Of a stretch of DNA of 64,000 nt, positions 35,813-46,089 are shown piece by piece. The position numbers and the translations under genes were made by a program. Origin of the DNA: an uncultured Gammaproteobacteria bacterium (lineage in GTDB: Bacteria; Patescibacteriota; Microgenomatia; JALYQM01); contig CAYOFQ010000001.1 in assembly GCA_964403585.1 (NCBI GenBank), positions 648,630-712,629 on the forward strand, given 5' to 3'. Every line of letters starts with the position of its first letter. Position 1 is the stretch's first letter. The notes below the pieces were generated by a model, which was not told where the DNA came from, did no database searches, and saw only the letters and a list, made by a program, of their open reading frames with translations.

Positions 35813-37813
35813 ATGGACGAAAATACATTTCATCTTGAATCTGAGTTCAAACCAACAGGCGACCAGCCGCTGGCGATTGAAAAATTGACTAAAGGAGTTC
35901 TCGCTGGAGACAAAAATCAAACATTGTTAGGTGTTACCGGAAGTGGAAAAACATTCTCAATTGCGAACGTAATTCAGCAGGTTCAAAAGCCAACCCTGGT
36001 AATCTCTCATAACAAAACGCTGGCTGCACAACTGTATCAGGAATTCCGAGACTTTTTTCCGAAGAATGCTGTAGAGTATTTTGTTTCGTACTACGACTAT
36101 TATCAGCCGGAGGCCTATGTCCCGCAAACCGATACTTATATTGAAAAAGAAACCGAAATCAACGAAGAAATAGATAAACTTCGTCTTTCTGCCACAACGT
36201 CATTACTAACCCGTAGAGATGTAATTGTCGTTGCATCAGTCTCGTGTATCTATAACATCGGTTCACCAAAAGAATATCAGGAAGCCATTCTTACTGCGCA
36301 TGTCGGGCAATTTACCAACATGGATTTAGCCATGAAGGTGCTTTCCCGCATGTCGTATGTTCGCAATGATTTCGAGTTTCAACGCGGCATGTACCGCCGC
36401 AGAGGTGATACGCTGGATGTGTATCCGTCCTACACCGACTATTTTGTCCGTATCGAATTTCTCGGTGACCAAATCGACCGGATCAGTCAAATTGATCCGA
36501 TGAGTGGCGAAATATTGGACCGGCCAAAAATGATTTCAGTATATCCGGCTAAACACTATGTTACTCCACTGGATAAAATGCAGTCGGCAATCGAAGAAAT
36601 CCGTCGGGATCTCGAAATACGCGTTGAACAGCTGAAAGCCGAAGGGAAAACAATGGAGGCCTACCGCCTTAACCAGCGTACGAATTATGATCTGGAGATT
36701 ATTCAGGAAATCGGTTACTGCAACGGTATCGAAAACTATTCCCGCTATTTTGACGGCCGTCCTCCGGGAGCCGCGCCAAATTCGTTACTTGAATTCTTTC
36801 CCAAGGATTATCTCCTGGTTATCGATGAATCGCACATTACCATCCCGCAGATTCGCGGCATGTACAACGGCGACCAGGCACGTAAGAAGACGCTTGTCGA
36901 TTTCGGTTTCCGCTTACCGGCAGCCATGGATAACCGCCCACTCAAATTTGATGAATTTTTACGCCGGATTAATCAGACCATCTATGTATCTGCAACACCG
37001 AATGAGTATGAACTAAGTCTTTCTGATCAGGTCGTCGAACAACTTATCCGGCCAACCGGTATTGTTGACCCGGAAATAGAAGTACGACCAACCGAAGGTC
37101 AAATCAAAGACTTAATGAATGAAATTATTATTCGGGCTGAACGCAAAGAAAAGGTACTCGTTACAACCTTAACTAAGCGCATGTCCGAAGATCTCACGAC
37201 CTTCCTAACTGAGAAAAAAGTAAAAGTAGCTTATTTGCACTCCGAAGTCGAAACATTAGACCGAAGCGACATTCTGGATGATCTCCGCCGGGGAACCTAT
37301 GACGTGGTCGTCGGGGTAAACCTGCTTCGTGAGGGTCTCGATTTGCCCGAAGTCTCGCTGGTCGCGATTCTTGACGCCGACAAGGAAGGATTTTTACGCT
37401 CACATACATCACTAGTCCAAACCATGGGGCGTGCCGCCCGCCATATTAACGGTAGGGTTATTATGTATGCCGATACCATGACCAAGTCAATGAAATCTTC
37501 AATTGATGAAGTTAACCGCCGGCGCGAAGTGCAATTGGCATACAATCAGGAACACAATATTACGCCTCAACAGATTTCCAAAAAAATTCGTGAAAAGCTG
37601 ATCGACCGGATAGTCGAGGAGGAACCTGAGAAGGTCAAAGAGAATCGAGCAGAGGCTGTATATAACCAGGCGATAGCCGGTGAGTTAATACCACAGGACA
37701 AAACCAAGCTCGTAACCTATCTGACAAAGAAGATGAAGGAAGCTGCTAAAGAGTTTCGGTTTGAAGAAGCAGCGGTAATTCGGGATAAAATAGCCAAGCT
37801 CAGGGATCAGTAA
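35813..37813 (+). CDS. uvrB: Excinuclease ABC subunit B
   Basis: Helicase motifs (GVTGSGKT), a beta-hairpin region and a C-terminal UvrB/UvrC interaction motif (EFRFEEAAVIRDKI). The track start at 35777 is upstream; the first ATG giving the canonical N-terminus is at 35813. Confidence 0.93.
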   Translation: MDENTFHLESEFKPTGDQPLAIEKLTKGVLAGDKNQTLLGVTGSGKTFSIANVIQQVQKPTLVISHNKTLAAQLYQEFRDFFPKNAVEYFVSYYDYYQPEAYVPQTDTYIEKETEINEEIDKLRLSATTSLLTRRDVIVVASVSCIYNIGSPKEYQEAILTAHVGQFTNMDLAMKVLSRMSYVRNDFEFQRGMYRRRGDTLDVYPSYTDYFVRIEFLGDQIDRISQIDPMSGEILDRPKMISVYPAKHYVTPLDKMQSAIEEIRRDLEIRVEQLKAEGKTMEAYRLNQRTNYDLEIIQEIGYCNGIENYSRYFDGRPPGAAPNSLLEFFPKDYLLVIDESHITIPQIRGMYNGDQARKKTLVDFGFRLPAAMDNRPLKFDEFLRRINQTIYVSATPNEYELSLSDQVVEQLIRPTGIVDPEIEVRPTEGQIKDLMNEIIIRAERKEKVLVTTLTKRMSEDLTTFLTEKKVKVAYLHSEVETLDRSDILDDLRRGTYDVVVGVNLLREGLDLPEVSLVAILDADKEGFLRSHTSLVQTMGRAARHINGRVIMYADTMTKSMKSSIDEVNRRREVQLAYNQEHNITPQQISKKIREKLIDRIVEEEPEKVKENRAEAVYNQAIAGELIPQDKTKLVTYLTKKMKEAAKEFRFEEAAVIRDKIAKLRDQ

Positions 37814-37820
37814 TACCTGA

Positions 37821-38789
37821 CTACTGCACCATAAATATTCTCAAAATATCGTTTGACGCATTTGTATGCTTATGCGGAGCGCCGCCTGAAGCTTCCGGAA
37901 AGGCGGCATCACCAGTATCATACTGTGCAGTCATATCGGTTCCACATCCTGAAACAATCGAGGGCTTCCCTCCGGAATGAAACTTAATATAGTCGGTAAT
38001 GTTATAGAGGTGTCGTCCGTCGGTTTTATCGGTATAGACGACGTAGCAATCAGTTTCCCTATTGTGAAGCTTCGCAATCTCAAGCAGTGGGTCAGGTGTC
38101 GGCGTTGGTACCGGCGTAGGGCTTGGGGTGCGAGTCGGAGTAGGGGAGGGAGTTGGTGATACTTCCGGGCCGGGTACAATCGCAACAATATACATTGAGT
38201 AGGCCGCAGCCTGAGCATCGGAAGCTGCTCCAAAAGTAATAGTCCCTGCAGGTGCTGTCCTGGAATAAAAATCGTAAATACCAATCAATCCGAGCTCATT
38301 TTTCCGTTTTGCGTACTGATTAATATGTGAAAGATCATCGTTGGTCGAGCGCGAATAGCCGTTTTTTATCCAATTGGGTACCTGATTAATACTCGGGATG
38401 TGCCGGGTAAGAATATAGACTGTCGATTGGACTGCTGTCGTTACCGACCAACTCAACGTGGTCGAATCTTTTATTTCGGAATTGGGTGTCAATACAAAGG
38501 CAGCGTTATTAATTGACTGGTCAGGCAGGAAGAAAAGAAAGCGGCTATCCGTAGAATACATTTGAACATTATTCTCAATACAGCCTTTGTTGAATGTGTA
38601 CCCGGCAGGACTGTTTATTGAAAAAAATGAGGTTGAACATCCAATCTGAGCATCGGTGTCGTCGGTATGGTTAAGTTCAGATTTGGTTATCCTTGTTGAG
38701 GCGTAGACTCCAAAAGTCAGGATACTCCCAACCAGCACTACCACGAGTAACTCGTTCATATAAGCATTTTTCATTTTCATCGGTTGCAT
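37821..38789 (-). CDS. Secreted/TM-anchored hypothetical protein; paralog of 18226-19809, with a C-terminal cytochrome-b5-like segment
   Basis: The N-terminal 200 aa align with ORF 18226-19809 (WSVTTAVQSTVYILTRHI...NWIKNGYSRSTNDDLSHINQYAKRKNELGLIGIYDFYSR...YSMYIVAIVPGPE), followed by a TPSPTPTRTPSPTPVPTPTPDP linker. The C-terminus LEIAKLHNRETDCYVVYTDKTDGRHLYNITDYIKFHSGG resembles the cytochrome b5 heme-binding motif (...HPGG). Confidence 0.7.
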   Translation of the reverse strand: MQPMKMKNAYMNELLVVVLVGSILTFGVYASTRITKSELNHTDDTDAQIGCSTSFFSINSPAGYTFNKGCIENNVQMYSTDSRFLFFLPDQSINNAAFVLTPNSEIKDSTTLSWSVTTAVQSTVYILTRHIPSINQVPNWIKNGYSRSTNDDLSHINQYAKRKNELGLIGIYDFYSRTAPAGTITFGAASDAQAAAYSMYIVAIVPGPEVSPTPSPTPTRTPSPTPVPTPTPDPLLEIAKLHNRETDCYVVYTDKTDGRHLYNITDYIKFHSGGKPSIVSGCGTDMTAQYDTGDAAFPEASGGAPHKHTNASNDILRIFMVQ

Positions 38790-38970
38790 TACTTTTATAA
38801 TTGCCTAATTTAATGCAAAGCGCAAGAGTAAAATGTACATCAAACAGAAAAAGACAACATTCTTAGTCTGGAAATTTCTTTACAAACATGATACACTGAT
38901 TAACGCTTTATACCCGAAAATTACCAGAAAGCATCATACACTATTACTGTAAATCCTAAGGAGATTCTGC

Positions 38971-41900
38971 ATGTCCAGAGACCTCATTTCAATCAAAGGT
39001 GCACGCGAGAACAATCTTAAAAACGTCGATATAGAAATACCCAAGCATAAATTGGTAGTCTTTACCGGACTGTCAGGATCAGGAAAGTCCTCTCTTGCTT
39101 TTGATACTATTTATGCCGAAGGCCAGCGCCGGTATGTTGAATCACTTTCATCGTATGCACGTCAATTTTTAGGAGTAATGGATAAACCTGATGCAGATTA
39201 TATTGAAGGACTATCTCCGGCAATCTCTATCGATCAGAAAGCAGCTTCACATAACCCTCGTTCCACTGTGGGAACTACAACCGAAATATATGATTACCTC
39301 CGTCTACTGTTCGCCCGTGTCGGCCACCCACATTGTCCGAAATGCGGACGGGAAATTCAACACATGTCGATCGATCAGATCGTCGATTCAGCCTTCCGCT
39401 TAGCCGGAGATATAATGTCCAAGAACAAACAAGTTTCTTTGCGGGGAGCACGGCTTTTCATATTGTCTCCTGTCGTCAAAGAAAGAAAAGGCGAGTTTAG
39501 TAACTTGTTCTCTGACCTCCGCAAAAAAGGTTTTGCCCGAGCACGTATCGATGGCACCGTTCGTGACTTATCTGACGATTTCGGACTGATTAAAACCAAC
39601 AAACACTCCATCGATGCACTGGTTGACCGTTTAGTAATCTCACAGGAAATTGTTGACTTATTCACCAAACAAGCCGCTGAAGGTAAAGACGCTTTGTCTC
39701 TAGAAGACTTTGAAAAGTTACAAAGCATCCGTACCCGATTGTCACAGTCACTGGAACAAGCACTCAAGCTTTCCGAAGGAACTGCCATTGTAGCTGAAAT
39801 TCAAGACGATGACATTAATTTTCCTCAGGACCCAAAGAAAATGGAAGATCATCTCTTTTCGGAAAATTTTGCCTGTCCGTTTGACAACATTTCGTTACCC
39901 GAGATTGAACCGCGTACATTCTCTTTTAATTCACCACAGGGAGCCTGCCCTAACTGTGCGGGCTTAGGAACAGAATTAAAAATTGATGCGGATCTGATCT
40001 TGAATCCCAATCTCAGTATTTCCGAAGGGGGAATTCTACCGTGGAATCGACTCTCCAGCACTGAAACCTGGTTTACCAGAATTATAAATGAAGTAGCTAC
40101 TGCTAAAGGTTTTTCAGTAAAAACACCGATCAAGGACTTATCTGAAGAGGCAAAAAATATTCTGCTCAACGGTACCGGAACCGAAACATTTTTTGTGAAA
40201 GGTGAAAACCGGCAGGGAAGACAAACCGGATTCGAGACAACCTTTGAAGGCGTAATCCCGAATCTGTTACGCCGCTATAAAGAAACAGAATCCGATTATG
40301 TGCGCGGTGAAATTGAAAAATACATGCGCTCGGAATTATGTCCTGTTTGTGAAGGTAAACGCTTAAAGCCGGAGGCACTTTCGGTGACAATCAACAAAGA
40401 TTCAATTTATGATATCACCAATAATTCAATTAAAAATGCCTTAACCTGGGTACATTCTCTCCAAAACGGCAAGATTCTATCCGATCGTGAAACGGTAATC
40501 GGCAAACCTATTCTCAAAGAAATTGTCAACCGACTTCAGTTCTTAATTGATGTCGGCTTAGACTACTTAACTCTCAACCGTACTTCAGCAACACTCGCCG
40601 GTGGAGAAGCCCAGCGTATCAGATTGGCATCACAAATCGGCTCGGGATTAACCGGCGTTCTCTATGTGCTCGACGAGCCGTCTATCGGGTTACACCAGCG
40701 CGATAACACCAAACTTATTAAAACATTGAAGCGTTTACGCGACCTTGGTAACAGTGTCATCGTTGTTGAGCACGATGAAGAAACAATGGAAGACTCCGAT
40801 TACATATTTGATTTTGGACCGGGGGCAGGTGAACATGGAGGACAAATTATTGCCCATGGAACGCCTGAGGAAATTAAGAGCAATAAAAAATCAATCACTG
40901 GTCAATATTTATCGGGTAAAAAAGTTGTGGAAGTAGATAAAAACTTCTCAGTGAAAGAACTGATGGATTTTGATCAGCGAAGGCGTAAGAAAGTCAATGA
41001 AGCGATTGCCGAAGTAAAAATACTCGGAGCCCGGGAACATAATCTAAAAGGGATTGATGTTTCCATCCCACTGAGTAAATTTGTCTGCGTTACCGGCGTT
41101 TCCGGATCAGGTAAGTCCACTTTGGTCCACGACATATTATATAAATCGCTATCCGAACATTTCTTTCATTCCAAAGATAAACCGGGCAAACATGATACGA
41201 TCGTCGGACTGGAGGCACTGGATAAATGCGTCATGATCGACCAGTCGCCAATTGGCCGAACGCCTCGTTCAAATCCTGCAACGTATACCGGTGCGTTTAC
41301 CTATATTCGTGAGCTTTTCGCCCGGACGACTGAAGCACAGGTTCGCGGATATGGACCGGGACGGTTCAGTTTTAATGTCAAAGGCGGCCGCTGCGAAGTA
41401 TGCCAGGGAGACGGCATGATCAAAATCGAAATGCAGTTTCTTCCCGATGTGTATGTAAATTGTGACGCCTGTGAGGGGAAGCGGTATAACCGTGAAGCAC
41501 TGGAAGTGCATTATCGCGGCAAAAACATCTTTGACGTGTTAAACATGACAGTCGAGGAAGGCCTCGATTTCTTCGGAAGCATCCCGGCATTACGCAATAA
41601 ACTTGAGACCTTATACGATGTCGGTCTTGGGTATATTCGTTTGGGACAGCCCGCAACCCAATTGTCCGGAGGAGAAGCCCAACGTATTAAGCTCGCCTCG
41701 GAGTTATCAAAACGACCGACCGGCCATACCATGTACATTCTCGATGAACCGACCACCGGGTTGCACTTTGCGGATATTTCGCGCTTGTTATCAATTCTGC
41801 GACGTTTAGTGAACCACGGAAATACTGTTCTGGTTATCGAGCATAATTTGGATGTGATCAAAAACGCCGACTGGCTTATCGATCTTGGCCCGGAAGGTGG

Positions 41901-42015
41901 CGATGGTGGTGGTACTTTAGTCGCCGAAGGAGCACCTGAACTAATCGCAGAAGTAAAGGAAAGTTATACAGGCAAATACCTGAAAAAAATCTTCGACAAG
42001 CAAAAGAACGCCTGA
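38971..42015 (+). CDS. uvrA: Excinuclease ABC subunit A
   Basis: Two ABC ATPase modules ([12 protein letters not shown]; [11 protein letters not shown]), zinc-finger Cys clusters and signature motifs ([12 protein letters not shown]; [12 protein letters not shown]), at a length of 1014 aa. Confidence 0.95.
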   Translation: MSRDLISIKGARENNLKNVDIEIPKHKLVVFTGLSGSGKSSLAFDTIYAEGQRRYVESLSSYARQFLGVMDKPDADYIEGLSPAISIDQKAASHNPRSTVGTTTEIYDYLRLLFARVGHPHCPKCGREIQHMSIDQIVDSAFRLAGDIMSKNKQVSLRGARLFILSPVVKERKGEFSNLFSDLRKKGFARARIDGTVRDLSDDFGLIKTNKHSIDALVDRLVISQEIVDLFTKQAAEGKDALSLEDFEKLQSIRTRLSQSLEQALKLSEGTAIVAEIQDDDINFPQDPKKMEDHLFSENFACPFDNISLPEIEPRTFSFNSPQGACPNCAGLGTELKIDADLILNPNLSISEGGILPWNRLSSTETWFTRIINEVATAKGFSVKTPIKDLSEEAKNILLNGTGTETFFVKGENRQGRQTGFETTFEGVIPNLLRRYKETESDYVRGEIEKYMRSELCPVCEGKRLKPEALSVTINKDSIYDITNNSIKNALTWVHSLQNGKILSDRETVIGKPILKEIVNRLQFLIDVGLDYLTLNRTSATLAGGEAQRIRLASQIGSGLTGVLYVLDEPSIGLHQRDNTKLIKTLKRLRDLGNSVIVVEHDEETMEDSDYIFDFGPGAGEHGGQIIAHGTPEEIKSNKKSITGQYLSGKKVVEVDKNFSVKELMDFDQRRRKKVNEAIAEVKILGAREHNLKGIDVSIPLSKFVCVTGVSGSGKSTLVHDILYKSLSEHFFHSKDKPGKHDTIVGLEALDKCVMIDQSPIGRTPRSNPATYTGAFTYIRELFARTTEAQVRGYGPGRFSFNVKGGRCEVCQGDGMIKIEMQFLPDVYVNCDACEGKRYNREALEVHYRGKNIFDVLNMTVEEGLDFFGSIPALRNKLETLYDVGLGYIRLGQPATQLSGGEAQRIKLASELSKRPTGHTMYILDEPTTGLHFADISRLLSILRRLVNHGNTVLVIEHNLDVIKNADWLIDLGPEGGDGGGTLVAEGAPELIAEVKESYTGKYLKKIFDKQKNA

Positions 42016-42036
42016 CTTGTGCTATAGTAACTAGAG

Positions 42037-43851
42037 ATGAAAAATATACTTTTAGGCTTAATCCTGGTTACTATAGTAATCGTCGTGCCAAGAAGTGCTT
42101 ATGGCGCCTCAGAATTTACTGAAAAAGATGTGGTAACCTATACTATTCAGGACGATGGTACTACTCACGTTACCTACGACATAAAAATCACCAACAATAC
42201 CGCTGAATATTACACCAACAAATATTCACTCGGTATCGGCTCGCAAAAAATCAGCAACCTAAAAGCAACAGACAAATCCAGAACAATCAAAACCGAATTA
42301 AAACAGGATGCCACAACGTCAGCAATCCACCTTATGTTCGGAGATCAAATAGTAGGGAAAAATACCACCCGAAGTTTTTCTATTGAATACGATTCCACCT
42401 CGGTAACACAGAAGTTAGGAACCTCCTGGAATATTACCATACCAAGAATATTAGGTACGGATTTGGCCGAATATAGTGTTAAAGTTCTGGTGCCGGAATC
42501 ATTTGGTGCCGCCTCAACCGTATACCCAAAACCTGCACAACTGAACAAAAAAAGTGCCAGTACCGAGTATCAATTCACTACCGAGCAGCTGAAAAAGTCG
42601 GGAATAACCATGAACTTTGGAGACAAACAAGTCTATAACATGGGCTTAACATATCACCTTGCTAATTCGCAAAGTAACAGTGTCTACACGGAAATCGCGT
42701 TGCCAATGAATACCGCCTATCAGACTATCGTCTATGATTCGATTAGTCCTAAGCCAACTTCGGTGGTTGTGGATGAAGACGGCAATTACATCGCTCGGTA
42801 TATTCTCAAGCCAAAAGAAGACATCCAGGTGCAGGTCATTGCCAAAGCGATCGTATTTCTTAATAAACAACATACCGAAAAAATAACCGGAGCGGAGAGG
42901 AGCATGTATACGCAGAAACAACCGTATTGGGAAACCGACGATGAACACATTGCTTCTCTGGCAGCAAGCCTGAAAACACCGGAAAATATCTATCGCTATG
43001 TTGTAACCGGCTTGACTTACAATAGTTCAAAAGTAAATAACAATTTTGATCGCATCGGAGCAAAAAAAATTCTCAGTAGCCCGGAAAATAGTGTGTGCAT
43101 GGAGTTTACCGACCTCTTCGTGGCGATTGCGCGGGCAGCCGGAATCCCTGCCCGGGAAATTAACGGATTTGCCTATACCAATGATACAAAACTCCGACCA
43201 GCTTCACTTTCTCAGGATACTCTACACGCCTGGCCGGAGTATTATGATGAAGAACGAGGATGGATACAAGTAGATCCAACCTGGGAAAATACGACCAACG
43301 GGGTAAACTATTTTAATACATTTGACTTAAACCATATCGCCTTTGTCCGAAAGGGCAAAAGTAGTATTACGCCCTATCCGGCAGGTGCCTATAAAGGAAG
43401 CTACGATAACACCCGTGATGTCGTCATCAACTTCACGGCGGAGGAGCCGGAAATACAAAATACGATAGATACCGAAATTGAAATGTCGCAAAGTTTTGTG
43501 GCCGGGGTCACGCCAACGTGGAAGTACACCATGGTTAATAAAGGAAATACGGGGTATGTGGAACTAGTCACTGAAGAACAGGTGATTGGCGGTATACGAA
43601 CTGAGGAACAAATTCCCGTTGTCGTCCCACCATTTGGTTCGATTACCATTTCGCGAAGCGGAACTAAAACAAATTATTTGGATTCGCTCGATATCCTCCT
43701 TGCATTAAAAGTTGCGGAGAAGATTGAGTCAAAAGAGAGTAGGATTATCCCGTTTTATCGTCATTCGGTTACGCTGATCGGGTTTGCTTATTTATTAGGT
43801 GTCCCAGCCGTGGCGTTATTTTCTTATAAAGTGCTGCACAAAAATAAATAA
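42037..43851 (+). CDS. Secreted transglutaminase-like (papain-fold) domain protein with C-terminal TM anchor
   Basis: Signal peptide and a transglutaminase-core-like segment (ENSVCMEFTDLFVAIARAAGIPAREINGFAY...HAWPEYYDEERGWIQVDPT), with a C-terminal hydrophobic helix. Confidence 0.65.
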   Translation: MKNILLGLILVTIVIVVPRSAYGASEFTEKDVVTYTIQDDGTTHVTYDIKITNNTAEYYTNKYSLGIGSQKISNLKATDKSRTIKTELKQDATTSAIHLMFGDQIVGKNTTRSFSIEYDSTSVTQKLGTSWNITIPRILGTDLAEYSVKVLVPESFGAASTVYPKPAQLNKKSASTEYQFTTEQLKKSGITMNFGDKQVYNMGLTYHLANSQSNSVYTEIALPMNTAYQTIVYDSISPKPTSVVVDEDGNYIARYILKPKEDIQVQVIAKAIVFLNKQHTEKITGAERSMYTQKQPYWETDDEHIASLAASLKTPENIYRYVVTGLTYNSSKVNNNFDRIGAKKILSSPENSVCMEFTDLFVAIARAAGIPAREINGFAYTNDTKLRPASLSQDTLHAWPEYYDEERGWIQVDPTWENTTNGVNYFNTFDLNHIAFVRKGKSSITPYPAGAYKGSYDNTRDVVINFTAEEPEIQNTIDTEIEMSQSFVAGVTPTWKYTMVNKGNTGYVELVTEEQVIGGIRTEEQIPVVVPPFGSITISRSGTKTNYLDSLDILLALKVAEKIESKESRIIPFYRHSVTLIGFAYLLGVPAVALFSYKVLHKNK

Positions 43852-43865
43852 GTTATAATATATTC

Positions 43866-45176
43866 ATGCTTGAAGTCAAATCCCAACTCAAAGAAACACT
43901 TTCAACACTTCCGGAGAAACCCGGAGTGTATTTGTATCATGATTCAGATAACCGCATTATTTATGTTGGCAAAGCAGTGAACCTAAAAAACCGCGTACGA
44001 TCATATTTCCAGGCACCCGAAAAACTTGGACCTAAAACAGCCGCATTAGTTTCAAACATTGACCGAATAGAATATTGGGAAGTCGATAGCGAAATTGAAG
44101 CCTTGTTACTTGAAGCAGAGCTTATCAAACTCCATAAGCCGCGGTACAACATCATCCTAAAAGACGATAAATCCTATTTATATATCAAAATTGCTACCAA
44201 TGAAGATATTCCAAATGTCACAACTTCGCGTCGGGAAAACATCAAAGGTGTCACTTATTTCGGTCCATTCCCCAGTGCCCAAACCGCCAAAAGTGTTTTA
44301 AAAACTATCAGACGCGTATTTCACTATTGTTCGTGTAAAGCCGGGCAAAATACACAAAAGCCGTGTTTTTATAATCACATTAATCTCTGTCCTGCTCCAC
44401 GGGCAGCTGAGATATCCGAAAAAGAGTATCGCGATGAATACCTTAAACAGATTATCCTGTTCCTCAGTGGAAAAAAGAAGCAGTTGATTAAAGAACTGGA
44501 AAAAGAGATGAATGTTGCTTCCGAAGAACTAAACTTTGAAGAAGCTGCCAAAATCAAGAAAAAAATCGACGATTTACTCTATATCACACAATCTTTCCGC
44601 AAACCTGAGGACTATATTGAAAATCCAAATCTGGTTGAAGATCAGCGTACCAAAACACTCGAGGAACTTCGTCACCACGTAGCACAGTATTTACCATTAA
44701 AGAATCTCCCGCAACGCATCGAATGTTATGACATCTCTAATATTCAAGGTAAACAGGCAGTAGGCGCCATGGTCGTGTTTACCAATGCCGAACCCGACAA
44801 ACGCGAATATCGCAAGTTTAAAATCCGCGTTAAGGATACTCCGGATGATTTCACCATGATGTCCGAAATGCTCCGCCGCCGTTTTAATAACGACTGGGCC
44901 ACCCCCGATTTACTCGTCATTGACGGAGGAAAAGGGCAGTTACAAGCCGCACTGGACACCTTAAATGCCGCCGGAGTGACCATTCCGGTAATTTCCCTTG
45001 CAAAAAGATTCGAAGAGATATACCTTAAAGTAGGAAATGATTTCGAAAAAATAGTTCTGCCGCGTAATGCGAAAGCATTACAATTACTGCAACACATGCG
45101 CGACGAAGCCCACCGTTTTGGAATCACCTTCCACCGATCATTGCGAAGTAAGAAATTGTTATCTGAAAAAGTATAG
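43866..45176 (+). CDS. uvrC: Excinuclease ABC subunit C, short form (GIY-YIG + UvrBC + RNaseH-like domains; no C-terminal HhH2)
   Basis: GIY-YIG motif (GVYLYHDSDNRIIYVGKAVNLKNRVRSYF), a UVR-like motif (NFEEAAKIKKKIDDL) and an endonuclease-V-like region (ECYDISNIQGKQAVGAMVVF...YRKFKIR). It is 436 aa against roughly 600 aa for typical UvrC. Confidence 0.8.
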   Translation: MLEVKSQLKETLSTLPEKPGVYLYHDSDNRIIYVGKAVNLKNRVRSYFQAPEKLGPKTAALVSNIDRIEYWEVDSEIEALLLEAELIKLHKPRYNIILKDDKSYLYIKIATNEDIPNVTTSRRENIKGVTYFGPFPSAQTAKSVLKTIRRVFHYCSCKAGQNTQKPCFYNHINLCPAPRAAEISEKEYRDEYLKQIILFLSGKKKQLIKELEKEMNVASEELNFEEAAKIKKKIDDLLYITQSFRKPEDYIENPNLVEDQRTKTLEELRHHVAQYLPLKNLPQRIECYDISNIQGKQAVGAMVVFTNAEPDKREYRKFKIRVKDTPDDFTMMSEMLRRRFNNDWATPDLLVIDGGKGQLQAALDTLNAAGVTIPVISLAKRFEEIYLKVGNDFEKIVLPRNAKALQLLQHMRDEAHRFGITFHRSLRSKKLLSEKV

Positions 45177-45367
45177 TTCTGCAAAGCAGATTAGCTTTTT
45201 ATTGATCTAAGTAGCGAAGCGCAATTGTTTTACGAAGCTGAACTTCCGCCCTGGATAAAGATTATGAATGAATTAAGCTTGTGGTGCGTTATCCTTTAAG
45301 GAAGAGAAACTGGAGCATGTGAGGCGAGTAAAACAATTCGCAAGCGATTGATAAAACGATTATTAGA

Positions 45368-45796
45368 GTGACATCTATGAAACATATCATCCGCAACATC
45401 TTAATCGCCGTCGGCACCATCTACCTCTTAACCTACCTCAATGGCGGCTTCACCTATTCCGGCGACTACCGTACCCTCTTCCTGGCCGGATTTGTGATGT
45501 TCTTTCTGGATACTATTGTCGAACCCATACTCAATATCATCTTTATACCTATTAATTTTCTCACTGCCGGCATATTTAAATGGGTGGTGGCAGTTGGACT
45601 GTTTTATGCGCTGGTTTATTTCGTCCCTGCAGTACACATCAGTCAGTGGACCTTTCCCGGCTATTCGCTGGTTGTTCCGCGACTGAACACCGTTCAGATC
45701 CCGTCATATACCTTCGCTTTTTGGCCGAACCTCGTACTGCTTTCCTTCACCTATAACTTCATTGCCGGGCTCCTTAAATGGCTCTGCAGCGACTAG
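45368..45796 (+). CDS. Small 4-TM membrane protein (phage-holin-4-like family, hypothetical)
   Basis: 142 aa with four hydrophobic helices. Preceded by a 190-nt structured leader. Confidence 0.55.
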   Translation: MTSMKHIIRNILIAVGTIYLLTYLNGGFTYSGDYRTLFLAGFVMFFLDTIVEPILNIIFIPINFLTAGIFKWVVAVGLFYALVYFVPAVHISQWTFPGYSLVVPRLNTVQIPSYTFAFWPNLVLLSFTYNFIAGLLKWLCSD

Positions 45797-45845
45797 AAGA
45801 GCGCATTTGCACTCAAGCTGGGCTTAGTATATAATCCTCAGGTAT

Positions 45846-46064
45846 ATGAAAATATTGCAAATCATACAGATCGCTCAAATAATAGTTTCAGTGCTTTTAA
45901 TCGCAGTTGTATCTATTCAGGGTAAAGGTGCCGGGCTTTCTTCCACATTTGGGGGCGGAGCCTTATACAGCACACGCCGGGGTGCAGAAAAATTCGTATT
46001 TTACGCCACAATCGTGCTTGGAGTATTGTTTGCAGGCCTCTCACTCGCCGCATTATTTATATAA
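45846..46064 (+). CDS. secG: Preprotein translocase subunit SecG
   Basis: 72 aa with two TM helices and a Gly-rich loop (GKGAGLSSTFGGGALYSTRRGAEK), as in SecG. Confidence 0.75.
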   Translation: MKILQIIQIAQIIVSVLLIAVVSIQGKGAGLSSTFGGGALYSTRRGAEKFVFYATIVLGVLFAGLSLAALFI

Positions 46065-46089
46065 TCCATTCTGATATAATACTTTTGCT

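Noticed and set aside
6489-42015. Possible inteins in DnaE or UvrA (common intein hosts)
   Set aside because: Protein lengths (1239 and 1014 aa) and continuous alignment of conserved motifs leave no room for an intein insertion. The extra length in DnaE is a C-terminal tail, not an internal insert.
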